Below are positions 39,379 through 49,510 of a stretch of DNA of 64,000 nt, piece after piece. The notes under the pieces are model-generated. The model worked only from the letters and a program-made list of their open reading frames with translations, was not told where the DNA came from and did not search any database. Numbering within the stretch: position 1 is the first letter of the stretch; each line of letters starts with the position of its first letter. Both the position numbers and the translations under genes were made by a program. The stretch comes from an uncultured archaeon (lineage in GTDB: Archaea; Thermoproteota; Nitrososphaeria; Nitrososphaerales; Gagatemarchaeaceae). The stretch spans positions 352,001 to 416,000 of the forward strand of contig CAWFOU010000007.1 of the NCBI GenBank assembly GCA_963817525.1. Reading direction: 5' to 3'.

Positions 39379-39666
39379 CTAGGTCCAGAGCACAGGGGAG
39401 CCTCTGTAGGCTTCGGAAGAGTAGTCGAGCTCCGAAAAGTCCACGCCTTCCAGCGCCTTGACCATCGCAGGCCTTGCCGCCAGCCAGTCTTCCTTGCTGT
39501 CCCAGAGGGCGGTCCCGATCAAGGAGCCTGACTCTTCGTCTTTCCACGCGAACACGAAGAGGAGGCCCTTGTGCCCACGCTGCGCTTCCCCGAACTTCTT
39601 CATGGCCTCGAGGAGTCGCTCCTCCTTCCCGGGCTTTGGATGGTGGACGCCTATTATCACGTACAT
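39379..39666 (-). CDS. Antibiotic biosynthesis monooxygenase (ABM) family protein
   Basis: PKPGKEE..KGLL..WDSKED. Confidence 0.75.
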   Translation of the reverse strand: MYVIIGVHHPKPGKEERLLEAMKKFGEAQRGHKGLLFVFAWKDEESGSLIGTALWDSKEDWLAARPAMVKALEGVDFSELDYSSEAYRGSPVLWT

Positions 39667-39702
39667 GCGCGAAGAGGCGTCATGGAGTTTACTTAAGTTC
39701 CG

Positions 39703-39918
39703 TCACATTGCTGCCGGGACCTGCGGCTTCGGCTTCAACACGGCCCCGTAGGCGACCAGCCCTATCCCGAGGACAGCGATGATGCCGCCCAGGAGGACGA
39801 ATGTTGTGTTGTTGTCCATCAGGCTGCTTCCCCCGATGACCCCCGCTCCTTGGGCCGCCCATCCGATCCCTACCAGCAGAAGGACTACACCGATGATGAC
39901 TGGGATTATCTTCCTCAA
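39703..39918 (-). CDS. Small two-TM membrane protein
   Basis: GxxWxxQGxGxIGGSxLM pattern with two hydrophobic helices. Confidence 0.7.
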   Translation of the reverse strand: MRKIIPVIIGVVLLLVGIGWAAQGAGVIGGSSLMDNNTTFVLLGGIIAVLGIGLVAYGAVLKPKPQVPAAM

Positions 39919-40008
39919 GTCTCTTCGCCTTCAAGGAGGCTGGCGGATATTTTAGCGTTGTTCGGAATCTCAGAGCGAAGGGGCGGACAGCTCACGCTGT
40001 GATGGTGG

Positions 40009-40069
40009 ATGGTGCGGGAGGTGGGATTCGAACCCACGAACCCCTAAGGGATTGGAGCCTCAGTCCAAC
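40009..40069 (-). repeat. Duplicated 3' portion of tRNA-Leu(GAG), att-like
   Basis: Matches 41426..41486 with one mismatch (40019); spans anticodon arm to CCA. Confidence 0.95.
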
Positions 40070-41310
40070 TGGGCTATTCGTTGTCTGGGAACCTCTAAAA
40101 TGATGCTTCTAACGGAGCTATCTCGCTCGAGACAAGTAAGAATGGCGTACCCTCTTCTCATTTGGTCTTGGTTTGCATAGTCCTCCTGTAATTTCCTGAC
40201 AAGACTGAGCAAGACACCCTGAATGGTCAAGTCTCTTGTAGTCTCGTCCAGATTCACAAGAAATCTGGTTTGGATGGAGACTGCATTGTCTAGAGTGTAA
40301 AGGTCTCTCCCACCAGCAGATGGCTCCTGAATTACCACGTTTTGTAGTCTGAACTTCTGTGGCAATCATGTATGCAATCTCTGCACCTAATCTTCCAACG
40401 TCGTATTCAAATCGGCGGCCAAGGATGTTCCTTTCAAGATTTCTGAGAAGAGCTATGCTGTCGATTCGGAAAGCCGATGAATGTCTCCCTTCCAGCTGTA
40501 GAAGATAATGCCCTGAGAATGGTTTCATATCGGCCAAGGCATAGATTTCGCTGCTTGGTGCTTTGAGATATATTGTCGCCGCGAAGTTGCCTGATGAATA
40601 GAGGACTGACAACCTGAATCCATCGAAAGAAATTAGGTTTGCTTTGTAAAACGAACCCCTTCTGAGAATTTGCAGGGTTGGCGAGCTGAACCCGTCGAAC
40701 TGAATTCGCAGTTCGCTCATTCTGCCTATGTAATCCGATACCCTGAACTGGAGAAAGATGCCGCCGTACCGAGGGCTCGAGCCTGGGAAGCGGCTTACAG
40801 TCCCTTTAACCCGAAACTCACCGATGTCGTTGAAGGGACAGTCCTGAAGAACATCGATGGTCAATTCGTCACCAACGAGTGAAGTGCCGCTAACTATTGC
40901 CTCGTTGGCGAGCCAATTCAAATTGCCTACATTTGTCATCTGGAATCTCGGAATGCTCTTGATGAACGACTCCATAGGTAAAAGGTCGAACGAGACAGGA
41001 AGTACGTCTCCTCCACGGGCATGTTTCTTAGGAAGCGTAGGTCCGAGGCCTGACCTCCATTGTAAAGATGATAGCTCTTAAGGAGCTCGTTTTTGCGATG
41101 AATCACAACCGCGAGAGCCTGCACCTTTCCCGGTATGAACCCCGGAATCACGTCTTGTAGAAACTCTCGTCTTAGGTTGTGGTTCTTATCGATGCCTTCG
41201 CGTAAAGATACACCTCTGTCATCCCGGGCGATGTAAACTCTGATTATTGGTCTGGTGGCTGAGACAGGGCGGTCCAAATACCGTTTCAGCATCAACTGAG
41301 CTATAAGCAC
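40060..41310 (-). pseudogene. Doubly frameshifted gene with putative C-terminal PD-(D/E)XK-like domain
   Basis: ORFs 40936..41310, 40118..40975 and 40060..40365 overlap and join near 41035 and 40360; GRLGAEIAY..GGRDLY..IQTR. Confidence 0.5.
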
Positions 41311-41426
41311 CTATGAATCAAATATCGGAGCAATGATCGCTCGGAAGGCCACGACAACCATGTCATGTCTTCCTGCTTTCTAATTTGATGTCGAGACCAC
41401 TGAGGTAATGGACAAGAGAAGTGAAA

Positions 41427-41514
41427 TGGTGCGGGCGGTGGGATTCGAACCCACGAACCCCTAAGGGATTGGAGCCTCAGTCCAACGCCGTTGGCCATAC
41501 TGGGCGACGCCCGC
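41427..41514 (-). tRNA. tRNA-Leu(GAG), CCA encoded
   Basis: GCGGGCG acceptor, GTTGGA-CTGAGGC-TCCAAT anticodon arm, long variable arm, GTTCGAATC, ACCA. Confidence 0.95.
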
Positions 41515-41564
41515 TCGTGCGTCGCCCTGACAGGGTAACTCTAAAATGCTTTCGAGATATTATA

Positions 41565-41958
41565 TGGAGAAGGTTAAGTCAATAGGTACGACTCAAGAAC
41601 AAGCCGTGGGCGTCGCCGCGCTGACGACCGACGCAGCGGGGAACCCCTCACGCCCTGGGAGGTCAAGCTTCAGGCCAAGACGGAGAGGCTGCTTTTCAAG
41701 TGGGGCGGCTACGGGAGCGTCAGGCGCTTCATGAGGAAGATCTCCAAGCCGGCGACCAGGCACGCGTACCTGAGCATGCTGAACCAGTACATGGTGTGGC
41801 TCCGTGAGGCGAAGCAGGTGACCATGGACCCGGACGAGCTGATCCAGGACAACCTGGTCTGCGTCTACGACTCGTCGCCCACGGACGTCAAGACCAAAAG
41901 GAGGCACACGGACTGGCTGGACAAGTACCCCGTCGGGCCCGCCACCAATACTCCCTAG
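41565..41958 (+). pseudogene. Probable N-terminal remnant of a tyrosine integrase
   Basis: SVRRFMRKISKPATRHAYLSMLNQY..PDELI resembles an integrase core-binding domain; frameshifted, no catalytic domain. Confidence 0.5.
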
Positions 41959-42098
41959 TGTTGAACTTGAACTCTTCGAATGACTACTGTTGATGCGCGA
42001 GGGCCTTTGCCCTCTAGCGAAGCCAGAAAGTCTGACGTAGCCCAAGCGACCTAGTTTACTGCGTTACCGTTTTCCATGAATCCGAAGGCTATTTATGT

Positions 42099-42686
42099 AT
42101 GAATGTTCTATTACGAGATTTTGGCTTGCAGAGAAAGTTCGTCCACGTTAGCTTCAGAATTCCGGTAGAGGCGAAGGCTGGACTTGAAAAAGAGGCAGAT
42201 CGGCGGGGAATCAACGTTAATGCTTTGGTCAGTGAGATATTTGTGAAGTATACTACTTTTGATAGAATTGTTGATTACTTAGAGGTAATACCCCTAAACA
42301 AGCTCCTTCTTACCCGGACCCTTGACAAAGTCGACGCCGAGGATATGGAAAGGCTTGGCAAAGAACTCGGCCCCAAGGCAATCAAGCGGGCGTTTGAGTT
42401 TCTCGGTCTCGAGTTCAGCCTGAACGGCATCATCGAACACTATTTCCGACCGCTCGCGACATATTCTAGATGGTACAGTTTCAACGTGACTTGGGGCGAA
42501 ATGGAGCAGAGACTCTTGTTTGAGCACCACTATGGCGCAAAGTGGTCCGCCTTTCTGGGACATTACATCGCGGAAATCGTGAAGTCGGCGACTGGAAGCG
42601 AACCTAGAATTACCGTAGATGATGAACTGGTCGTCATCTCTTGCCAAGTTAAGCGTATGCTGTTAGAGACATTCTTTCCGGCATGA
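42099..42686 (+). CDS. Ribbon-helix-helix regulator with C-terminal putative sensor domain
   Basis: VSFRIP..LEKEADRRGINVNALVSEI; HHYGAKWSAFL. Confidence 0.7.
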   Translation: MNVLLRDFGLQRKFVHVSFRIPVEAKAGLEKEADRRGINVNALVSEIFVKYTTFDRIVDYLEVIPLNKLLLTRTLDKVDAEDMERLGKELGPKAIKRAFEFLGLEFSLNGIIEHYFRPLATYSRWYSFNVTWGEMEQRLLFEHHYGAKWSAFLGHYIAEIVKSATGSEPRITVDDELVVISCQVKRMLLETFFPA

Positions 42687-42882
42687 CTGTGCCGCAATCG
42701 AGAGATAGGAAAAGGTGGCGTAAGGAGTAGGTCTCGTTTTGAGATTGGTTACTAAAGAAGTTAGTCGGTCAGAAGCTGCCCTGATTGGACTCTGCTCGTA
42801 GCCCAACACGCCAGACGACGTTCAACTTTGGGAGTCCTGACCTCGCGGTCGAGGACGCACCGCCTTACCTACGGCACTTTTG

Positions 42883-43365
42883 TCAGGGATAAAAAGTGGT
42901 TACAGAAACAAGGAAATAGACCGTCCCATTTGAGGGAACCATCAGAACTCCTGCTTGAGGATTGACATGGCTCGTGAGTTGAATTGATACGGGTGGAGTC
43001 GGACCTTCGATGCAGGTAGACAAGCTCTCTGTGGAGCCGTCAGGGAAGGCGATGGCGACATGGGCGCCACCGCTTCCTAGGGAGTAGCACGTTCCACCGT
43101 AGCTCAAAGTTATGTTGGCCGTAATGACGAATTTGACATCGAGGATGCTGAAAGTGTTTGGAGTCGAACTATTCCATTCGCTGTATGTGTACATGGTTCC
43201 TCCTATACGGAGGACGGGAAGTGTACCTGGGATTGACGATGTCTGAGTCGATGTCTTTGTACTCGTTTTGGCACTGCTCAGCTGGACATATTCGAAAGCT
43301 GACAGCGCGGCGAATGCTATCGTGAGGATTACGAATAGTGCGAGTGCCATCTTGGTGAGTTGCAT
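42883..43365 (-). CDS. Exported hypothetical protein
   Basis: N-terminal TM, S/T linker, two Cys. Confidence 0.6.
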   Translation of the reverse strand: MQLTKMALALFVILTIAFAALSAFEYVQLSSAKTSTKTSTQTSSIPGTLPVLRIGGTMYTYSEWNSSTPNTFSILDVKFVITANITLSYGGTCYSLGSGGAHVAIAFPDGSTESLSTCIEGPTPPVSIQLTSHVNPQAGVLMVPSNGTVYFLVSVTTFYP

Positions 43366-44432
43366 TGATGACCATGACCTCAGTAAGGCCCTCGATGATT
43401 AAAACCTATGTCCGGCACGGCGTAAAACGACCGACGAACTATGTGGACAGTCCCTGTCTGCCCTAACGTGAGCGAAAATGGCGCCTATAGGCACAATCAA
43501 GGTAACCAAGACTATGCGGTGAACGACGCGATTTGCACGGCAGTCTGGATTCCTGCAAACTGTTTTCTAGCATGAGAATGTCTGGTCAGCGTACCCAGAG
43601 TACAATGTTATCGAACTGTAAGCACAGTTCGACTTCTCACCTGTGTACGCGTAAGGGCCCGTATCGGCAATGTTGCTTTGATAGTAGACGAGATATCCGC
43701 TACCTGCAGTAAAGTTTGTAGTGCAAGAACTAGAGCTACAGACCAAGTTCTCCTCCCATCCGTTTATTGCGTAAGTTGGAGAACCCGAGGGCATGGGGTA
43801 GGTGTACACCCAGTAGTTTCCGTTATTGAGGTCTACAATCTCGTCGTTAGCCGCCGTCGGGTGGCCTCCGCTACTCAGCGTATAGTAGGTGTTAAAGTTA
43901 ATCTTAGCGACATTCAAGTTAGTCCCTGTGAGAATATAGTAAGTCGTGGCGCTCCCTACGGGGGTCCCGCAAGGGCTTTGGTTCAACCATTGCACCCCGA
44001 ATTGATTGTTGTAGCCGTTTGTGTAGGTTCCGACCACCATGACATCTTGATAGGTCATGTAAGAGGATCCACAAACCGTGGCGACTGCGTTATCCTGGAC
44101 ACTCCAATACGCAGTGTTGGGCGCCATTGTAGTTGATATGCCTACGTCGGTGTCGGTGCAGTAAACAGAGCTGCAACTCCCTGAAGTCCAGTACATCAGG
44201 TAATTATTATTGCCACTTGCGGTCAACGCGTGAACTCCTCCACTAGGGGTGGTCGTGACGATAGGAGCGTCGCTGCAGATGTAATGTTTCGCGGTGGCAG
44301 CAGTCCCATTCGGAAGAGCTATGGGGATTGGTCCCACGTAGTTGCACGATCCAGATGCCGTTGTTGCACTGCCGCTTTGAGAGTCTGCCGCGGCGTAACC
44401 AGAAGTGCTTAGTAGGACGATTAGAAGCGCCA

Positions 44433-45468
44433 AACTGTGTCGAATAACTAACTCCTCTGTCAAGCTTCTTTCATCCGCTCTCTCATGGGATTGAGAGAAT
44501 CCAACTCTCTCATGCCCGAGAAGAAGAAGCGCAACTGGAAGGAGTACAACGAGTCGCTCGTGAGGAGGGGAGAGCTCCTCTTCGACACCGATTTTTTATC
44601 TGGATGGAGCAGAGAACTAGGGAAGCTCAACGAGGGGAAGGAGGGCGCAAGATACCGCTATCCCGCCTCATTAATGAGTATGCTCGCGGCCATCCACGTG
44701 TACCTGCTCCCGTACCGGGAGCTGGAAGGGTTCCTCCGGATGTTCGCGGGGCACGTAGAAGGCCTCAAGGTCCCAGACTACACCACGATGTGGTGGAGGA
44801 TATCGCGAGTAAAGATCGAGCTCGACCCGGACGTAGACCCAGAAAAGGACGTCACCATAGCGGTTGACTCCACTGGCATCAAGGTCTCGAACCGCGGGGA
44901 GTGGATACGGCAGAAGTGGGCGGTGAAGAGGGGGTTCATCAAGGCCCACCTCGCCGTCGATGTGAAGACGGGGAAGATACTCTCGATGGAGGTGACCAAG
45001 GAGGACGTCCCTGATGGGAGGATGCTCGTCCCTCTGGTGGAGGGGGCGTCGTCGAGCGCGAACGTCACGAGGGCGATGGGTGACGGCGCGTACGACTCGA
45101 GGGAGATCTTCAGGTACCTCGACCGCAAGGGGATAGAGCCCGTCATCAAGGTAAGGAAGAACGCCTCGATGCACGCGCACGGGTGCATGCCCAGGAAGCT
45201 CGTAGCGATGGAGCAGCTGAGAGACTACGAGAGATGGAAGACGAGGCGCGGGTACGGGAACAGGGCGAGGGTCGAGTCCGCGATATCGTCCTTCAAGAGG
45301 ACGTTCGGGGAGCACATAACGTCCGTGAAGTGGAGCAGCATAGTGAACGAGCTGCTCCTCAAGGCGTCCGTCTACAACCTGTTCGTGGGGATGAACCCGT
45401 AGCGAGGACGCAGGCCAGAAAGACCTGGAGGCGAGAAATGGCGCATCGTCGGGTTATTCGACACGCCT
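44433..45468 (+). mobile_element. IS5-family insertion sequence
   Basis: Inverted repeats with core GTGTCGAATAAC/GTTATTCGACAC; target duplication AAGCGCCA(A) at 44425 and 45469. Confidence 0.93.
44512..45402 (+). CDS. IS5-family DDE transposase
   Basis: NWKEYNESLVRRG, PDYTT, VDSTG, GDGAYDS, YGNRARVESAISSFK; alternative ATG at 44485. Confidence 0.95.
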   Translation: MPEKKKRNWKEYNESLVRRGELLFDTDFLSGWSRELGKLNEGKEGARYRYPASLMSMLAAIHVYLLPYRELEGFLRMFAGHVEGLKVPDYTTMWWRISRVKIELDPDVDPEKDVTIAVDSTGIKVSNRGEWIRQKWAVKRGFIKAHLAVDVKTGKILSMEVTKEDVPDGRMLVPLVEGASSSANVTRAMGDGAYDSREIFRYLDRKGIEPVIKVRKNASMHAHGCMPRKLVAMEQLRDYERWKTRRGYGNRARVESAISSFKRTFGEHITSVKWSSIVNELLLKASVYNLFVGMNP

Positions 45469-45886
45469 AAGCGCCAAGAAAGTTAAAATCCGAGAGAATG
45501 TGACTGCGCTTCGATATTGGGCATTCATGGTATGGTACAGGATCCTTCAGATAGATAAGTGCCAGTGCCACAAAGTGCCATGGTGTGGCACAAGCGATGA
45601 TGGTAATAGAGTTCGCTTGGGCAGACAAAGTTTGCTGCATCTCTAGACGCTTCATAGGGAAACATAATGGAATCCAAGCGTCGGAAGAATTCAGGTTCCG
45701 AACCCCCGGGGGGGCGAATCCCTTCAGGCCCCCTCCTTTTGGCTCATAATCGCTTTGGACCCAAGAATGTGGTTTACACCCTTAAACATTCTAGCACCAT
45801 GATGCTTACGGTGAAGATAGAGCAGAAACTGTCTCACCAGTGGAGGCCGAGGGTCAGATCGTCATTTCGTCCCCAATCTTTCGAAT

Positions 45887-46288
45887 TCAGAGCCGTTTCA
45901 AAGTCTCCGAAACTGACAGAATCTCGATTTTCCTAAAATTCTTCAGAGCGAGAAGCTTCTTGTCACGTGTGGCAATTATGTCGGCGCGTCCATCATGAGC
46001 TGTGTTAAGAATCATGTCGTCGTCCGGGTCGTTCTTGACCACCTTGAATTTCGACTCCACTCTGACGACTTCGCTCGACTGCATCAGAGCCAAGACTATC
46101 ATGTTTGTCTCCTCTTCGCTGGTCTTGAATTGCGGCCGACCCAATACCGAAACGATTTCCTTCAAAATATAGTCCGACGTCACCATTGAAAATTGGTTCT
46201 CAATCCCTCTGTTCAACAATTCCCGTGGTTTACCTTTTGAGATTACAGCACTGACAACGACGTTGGTGTCGAGGACGACTCGCAGCAT
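45887..46288 (-). CDS. vapC: PIN-domain toxin (VapC-like)
   Basis: VVLDTNVVVSA, DPDDD, TRDKKLL. Confidence 0.88.
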   Translation of the reverse strand: MLRVVLDTNVVVSAVISKGKPRELLNRGIENQFSMVTSDYILKEIVSVLGRPQFKTSEEETNMIVLALMQSSEVVRVESKFKVVKNDPDDDMILNTAHDGRADIIATRDKKLLALKNFRKIEILSVSETLKRL

Positions 46289-46300
46289 CCAATCATCTTG

Positions 46301-46576
46301 TTACTTTGCCCGCCGTCTCTCACTTCGGACAGCCGATATTTCATCCTGAACCTCCTTCTCGGAAAGTTTCAGCCCCTTCTCGTCCATCATCTTGAATATC
46401 TTTTCCCATTCTTTCTTGACATCGGGCAGCTCCAGCCTCTTCATTATCACGGTGTCTCCCCTGCCGAAGACCAAGAACTTCGTCCTCGGTTTGATTCCTA
46501 GCGCCTTTCTGAGCGACTGAGGTATGACTACCTGGCCCTTCGCGCTTATCGTGGTGACTTCCGGTTCCTGTGTCAT
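46301..46576 (-). CDS. vapB: AbrB/MazE-type antitoxin
   Basis: ISAKGQVVIPQSLRKALGI; directly upstream of the PIN gene. Confidence 0.85.
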   Translation of the reverse strand: MTQEPEVTTISAKGQVVIPQSLRKALGIKPRTKFLVFGRGDTVIMKRLELPDVKKEWEKIFKMMDEKGLKLSEKEVQDEISAVRSERRRAK

Positions 46577-46858
46577 GTCTTACCAGTACGAATGTTTTAC
46601 TTTCCTACAATAAATAGTCTTCTGGGGGTCTCGTTCGCCTAGGGCAAATTCGGATTAGTATCCACCGATTGTGAGATGGCCTCAGTCATGCGCGGAATCC
46701 GGCTCCGGAGGAGTTGCGAAGTCGACCGACGTATCCCCTTAAATATTCTGGCACAATAATGCTTGTGCTCTTTCAAGAGCCAGGCGGCGCGATTCGGGAG
46801 CAGTCGAAAGGCGTATGAAGACAACGTATGTGCTGAAACCTATGAGGGAGTTGGGAGA

Positions 46859-47329
46859 ATGTCAAACGAAGCAAATGCCGCTGCAGGACTTTCCTTGGCG
46901 CTGCTCATTTCTGGCGCCATAGGGGCGAAGATCCTTGCCTCGGACGAGTTTCTCTGGACCGCGGCGCCCACCCACGCCGAGGGACTGGTCGCATTCGTCG
47001 TGCTGGACGTCGTGCTCGCCTTCATGGTCTTACGAGTGCTCAAGCTCACTGAAACAGGGGCGGCCGTTCTGTCCCTAATCCAGTTCGTAGCCATGGCAAC
47101 CGACCTGACGATATACACACCAGCCGGCGTGCCCGCCCAGATCTTCCGCAGCTACCTGCAGGGCGACGGCCTGTTCGTGGCTCTGCTGGCGATACAGCCG
47201 GTGATTGCGTGCATTGGGATCTGCGCCAGGCGGTGGGCGAGTCCGCAAGGACCCAAGACCGCGGTCTCCTCCCACGGGAGGCTCGCGACGCTGTGGCGCT
47301 CCGCGTCTCGGAGTTCCGCGCTGGTCTAG
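46859..47329 (+). CDS. Four-TM hypothetical membrane protein
   Basis: Hydrophobic helices, LWTAAPTHA; ATG at 46859. Confidence 0.6.
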   Translation: MSNEANAAAGLSLALLISGAIGAKILASDEFLWTAAPTHAEGLVAFVVLDVVLAFMVLRVLKLTETGAAVLSLIQFVAMATDLTIYTPAGVPAQIFRSYLQGDGLFVALLAIQPVIACIGICARRWASPQGPKTAVSSHGRLATLWRSASRSSALV

Positions 47330-47727
47330 GTCGAGACGGCCTCTATCCCGCACTCGTGGTCCTGGTCTGACGACGCGCCGCTCACCCCGACCGCGCCGAC
47401 GATGTCTTCGCCCTTCTTTGCGAGCACCCCGCCAGGGAGGAAGACTACCCTGTTCCCGCTCGCCTGCGTGAGGCCGAGCGCGGCGGCCGGCCTGTCCTTC
47501 ATCCTCTCGGTGATGTCCTTGGAGTGGCTCTTGAACGCTATCGCGGTGAACGCCTTCGCCCTCGCGATGTCGGGTGTGAGGATACCCGCCCCGTCCATCC
47601 TTGCGAAGGCCACCGGGTTCCCCCCGGAGTCGACGACGTAGACGGAGACCTTCACGCCTAGCTGCGTCGCTTTGGCGCTCGCCTTCTTGATCCATGCTTC
47701 GGCCTGCTCCAATGTTAGGTTGGTCAC
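47326..47727 (-). CDS. GlcG/HbpS heme-binding family protein
   Basis: VVDSGG..RMDGA..KAFTA..GAVGVSG..QD. Confidence 0.92.
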   Translation of the reverse strand: MTNLTLEQAEAWIKKASAKATQLGVKVSVYVVDSGGNPVAFARMDGAGILTPDIARAKAFTAIAFKSHSKDITERMKDRPAAALGLTQASGNRVVFLPGGVLAKKGEDIVGAVGVSGASSDQDHECGIEAVST

Positions 47728-47788
47728 TTCTGTGGCCGACCCTCCCTTGGCGACCTCGATTATATAGCCAGGGGCCGAAAACGCCCGC

Positions 47789-48763
47789 GTGTCGAGGACG
47801 CGAATCGTGACGGACGTGGGCGCCTACGAGGTCGACGCCGACTGGGCGAGAGTGCCCCACGGGTGGTCGTTCGGGGAGGTCGCCGGCGTCGCCACAGACT
47901 CGCGCTCGCGCGTCTACGTCTTCAGCAGGGGCGAGCACCCTATGATGGTCTTCGACCGCGAAGGCGAGTTCATCGCCTCCTGGGGGGAGGGCATGTTCAC
48001 AAAGGCCCACAACGTCAGGGTCTCCCCGGACGGCTTCGTCTTCTGCTCGGACCTTCTCGATCACACCGTGCGCAAGTTCACGCCCGAGGGAAGGCTTCTG
48101 ATGACGCTAGGTACGAAGGACAGGGCCTCGGACACCGGCGGCGACGGGAGGGAAGTCAAGATCAAGAGGTCGGCCGGTCCGTTCAACGGCCCCACGGACG
48201 TCGCGTTCGGGCCGAGGGGAGAGCTGTTCGTCACTGACGGATACGCCAACGCCCGCGTGCACAGGTTCTCGGCTGAAGGGAGGCTCCTCGAGTCGTGGGG
48301 CGCGCCGGGGAACGAGCCGGGAGAGTTCAACCTCCCTCACAACGCGCTCATCGTCGGCGGGACGACCCTATACGTCGCCGATAGGGAGAACAACAGGGTC
48401 CAGGTATTCGACCTGAAGGGCGAACCCCTCGCCCAGTGGACCGACTTCGCGGGGCCGACGGGCCTTTCTGTGGCCCCCGACGGGACCATCTTCGTCTCTG
48501 AGTTCGGCTACGACCCGGCGGTCAAGACCAGGTACGCGGTCCCCGCCCACGGCACGAGGATACTCCCTCGGGTGACCATGCGCTCGCAGGAGGGGGAGCT
48601 CCTGGGGAGGATCGAGGGCGAGGACAAGTGCGCTCCCGGGAGCTTCTTCGCGCCCCACTCGGTCTGCGTCGACCGGAGCGGGGACATCTACGTGGGCGAG
48701 GTCCCCATCACTCGGCGGGCTCCAGGCCCGTGCCACACCCTGCAGAAGCTCGTGAGGCTGTAG
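47789..48763 (+). CDS. NHL-repeat protein (peptidyl-alpha-hydroxyglycine lyase-like)
   Basis: FNGPTDVA, VTDGYANARV, FNLPH, VADRENNRVQVF. Confidence 0.9.
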   Translation: MSRTRIVTDVGAYEVDADWARVPHGWSFGEVAGVATDSRSRVYVFSRGEHPMMVFDREGEFIASWGEGMFTKAHNVRVSPDGFVFCSDLLDHTVRKFTPEGRLLMTLGTKDRASDTGGDGREVKIKRSAGPFNGPTDVAFGPRGELFVTDGYANARVHRFSAEGRLLESWGAPGNEPGEFNLPHNALIVGGTTLYVADRENNRVQVFDLKGEPLAQWTDFAGPTGLSVAPDGTIFVSEFGYDPAVKTRYAVPAHGTRILPRVTMRSQEGELLGRIEGEDKCAPGSFFAPHSVCVDRSGDIYVGEVPITRRAPGPCHTLQKLVRL

Positions 48764-48797
48764 TTGGGGCTTATATCCCAGAAGTAGCTTGTGGTGC

Positions 48798-49436
48798 ATG
48801 TCTGGTCCTTCCAAATCTGAAAGAACCTCAGAATTTATAGGCGCCATTCTTGGAGACGGAAACATCTACGACAGACGCCCTTACTATGTCGAGATGTGCG
48901 GCAACCCTATCAACGACCTTGACTATTACAAGCAAGTCCTGCTACCTATCGTGAGTAACGAGCTCGGAAAGAATCCAAGGCTCTATCTGAGGGATGGAGG
49001 ATTGCGTTTCAGGATTAACCAGAAGTCATTTGTAAAATGGCTAAAGGAGATAGGTCTGCCAGCGGGTGAAGCTAAGGGATCTGCTACAATCCCCAATTTC
49101 ATAGCTTCGAGCAGAAAGCTCCTCGCTCGCTGTATTAGGGGACTCTACGACACCGATGGCAGCGTGTATTTTGACAGGCGACATGCCTACCTCAAGCCGT
49201 ATCCCCGAACCGAACTGCAGATGACTAACGAAGCTCTATTGGAGCAGGTGGACCGAGTTCTAGACCAAATGGAAATCAGGCATTCCCTTGTAAGGCGTAG
49301 GGCGTCCTTGTCCTTGGAAACTGCCGGCGTCGAGTCGCTTGGCCGTTACTTGCAAACCATTGGATTTTCCAATCCATATCACCTTGGCAGGATAAGAGCC
49401 GAGTATCCAGAATTAGTCAGGCTCAATTGCGCCTGA
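48798..49436 (+). CDS. Stand-alone double-motif LAGLIDADG homing endonuclease-like protein
   Basis: EFIGAILGDG and CIRGLYDTDGS; lower GC; no intein termini. Confidence 0.88.
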   Translation: MSGPSKSERTSEFIGAILGDGNIYDRRPYYVEMCGNPINDLDYYKQVLLPIVSNELGKNPRLYLRDGGLRFRINQKSFVKWLKEIGLPAGEAKGSATIPNFIASSRKLLARCIRGLYDTDGSVYFDRRHAYLKPYPRTELQMTNEALLEQVDRVLDQMEIRHSLVRRRASLSLETAGVESLGRYLQTIGFSNPYHLGRIRAEYPELVRLNCA

Positions 49437-49510
49437 CCCGGAATCGATTTGCCGAATGCTCAGTAATGATTTCAGTCTTTAAAAGTGTCAACTAAATGAG
49501 GTCGGGCTGT

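Larger units (their letters stand above)
40009..41486. mobile_element. Small tRNA-Leu-integrated islet with no integrase inside
   Basis: AT-richer 1.36 kb between 61-bp direct repeats. Confidence 0.7.
43567..45528 (-). pseudogene. Thermopsin-like secreted protein interrupted by an IS
   Basis: WSVQDN, YQDV, EENLV, TGEKSN motifs; removing the IS and one TSD restores MNAQYRSAVTFSRILTFLALLIVLL from ATG 45528. Confidence 0.65.

Noticed and set aside
40009-40069. Second tRNA-Leu gene or split-tRNA half
   Set aside because: It lacks the 5' acceptor strand and D-arm, has no flanking complementary leader, and an intact gene lies 1.4 kb away; best read as an att-like duplication
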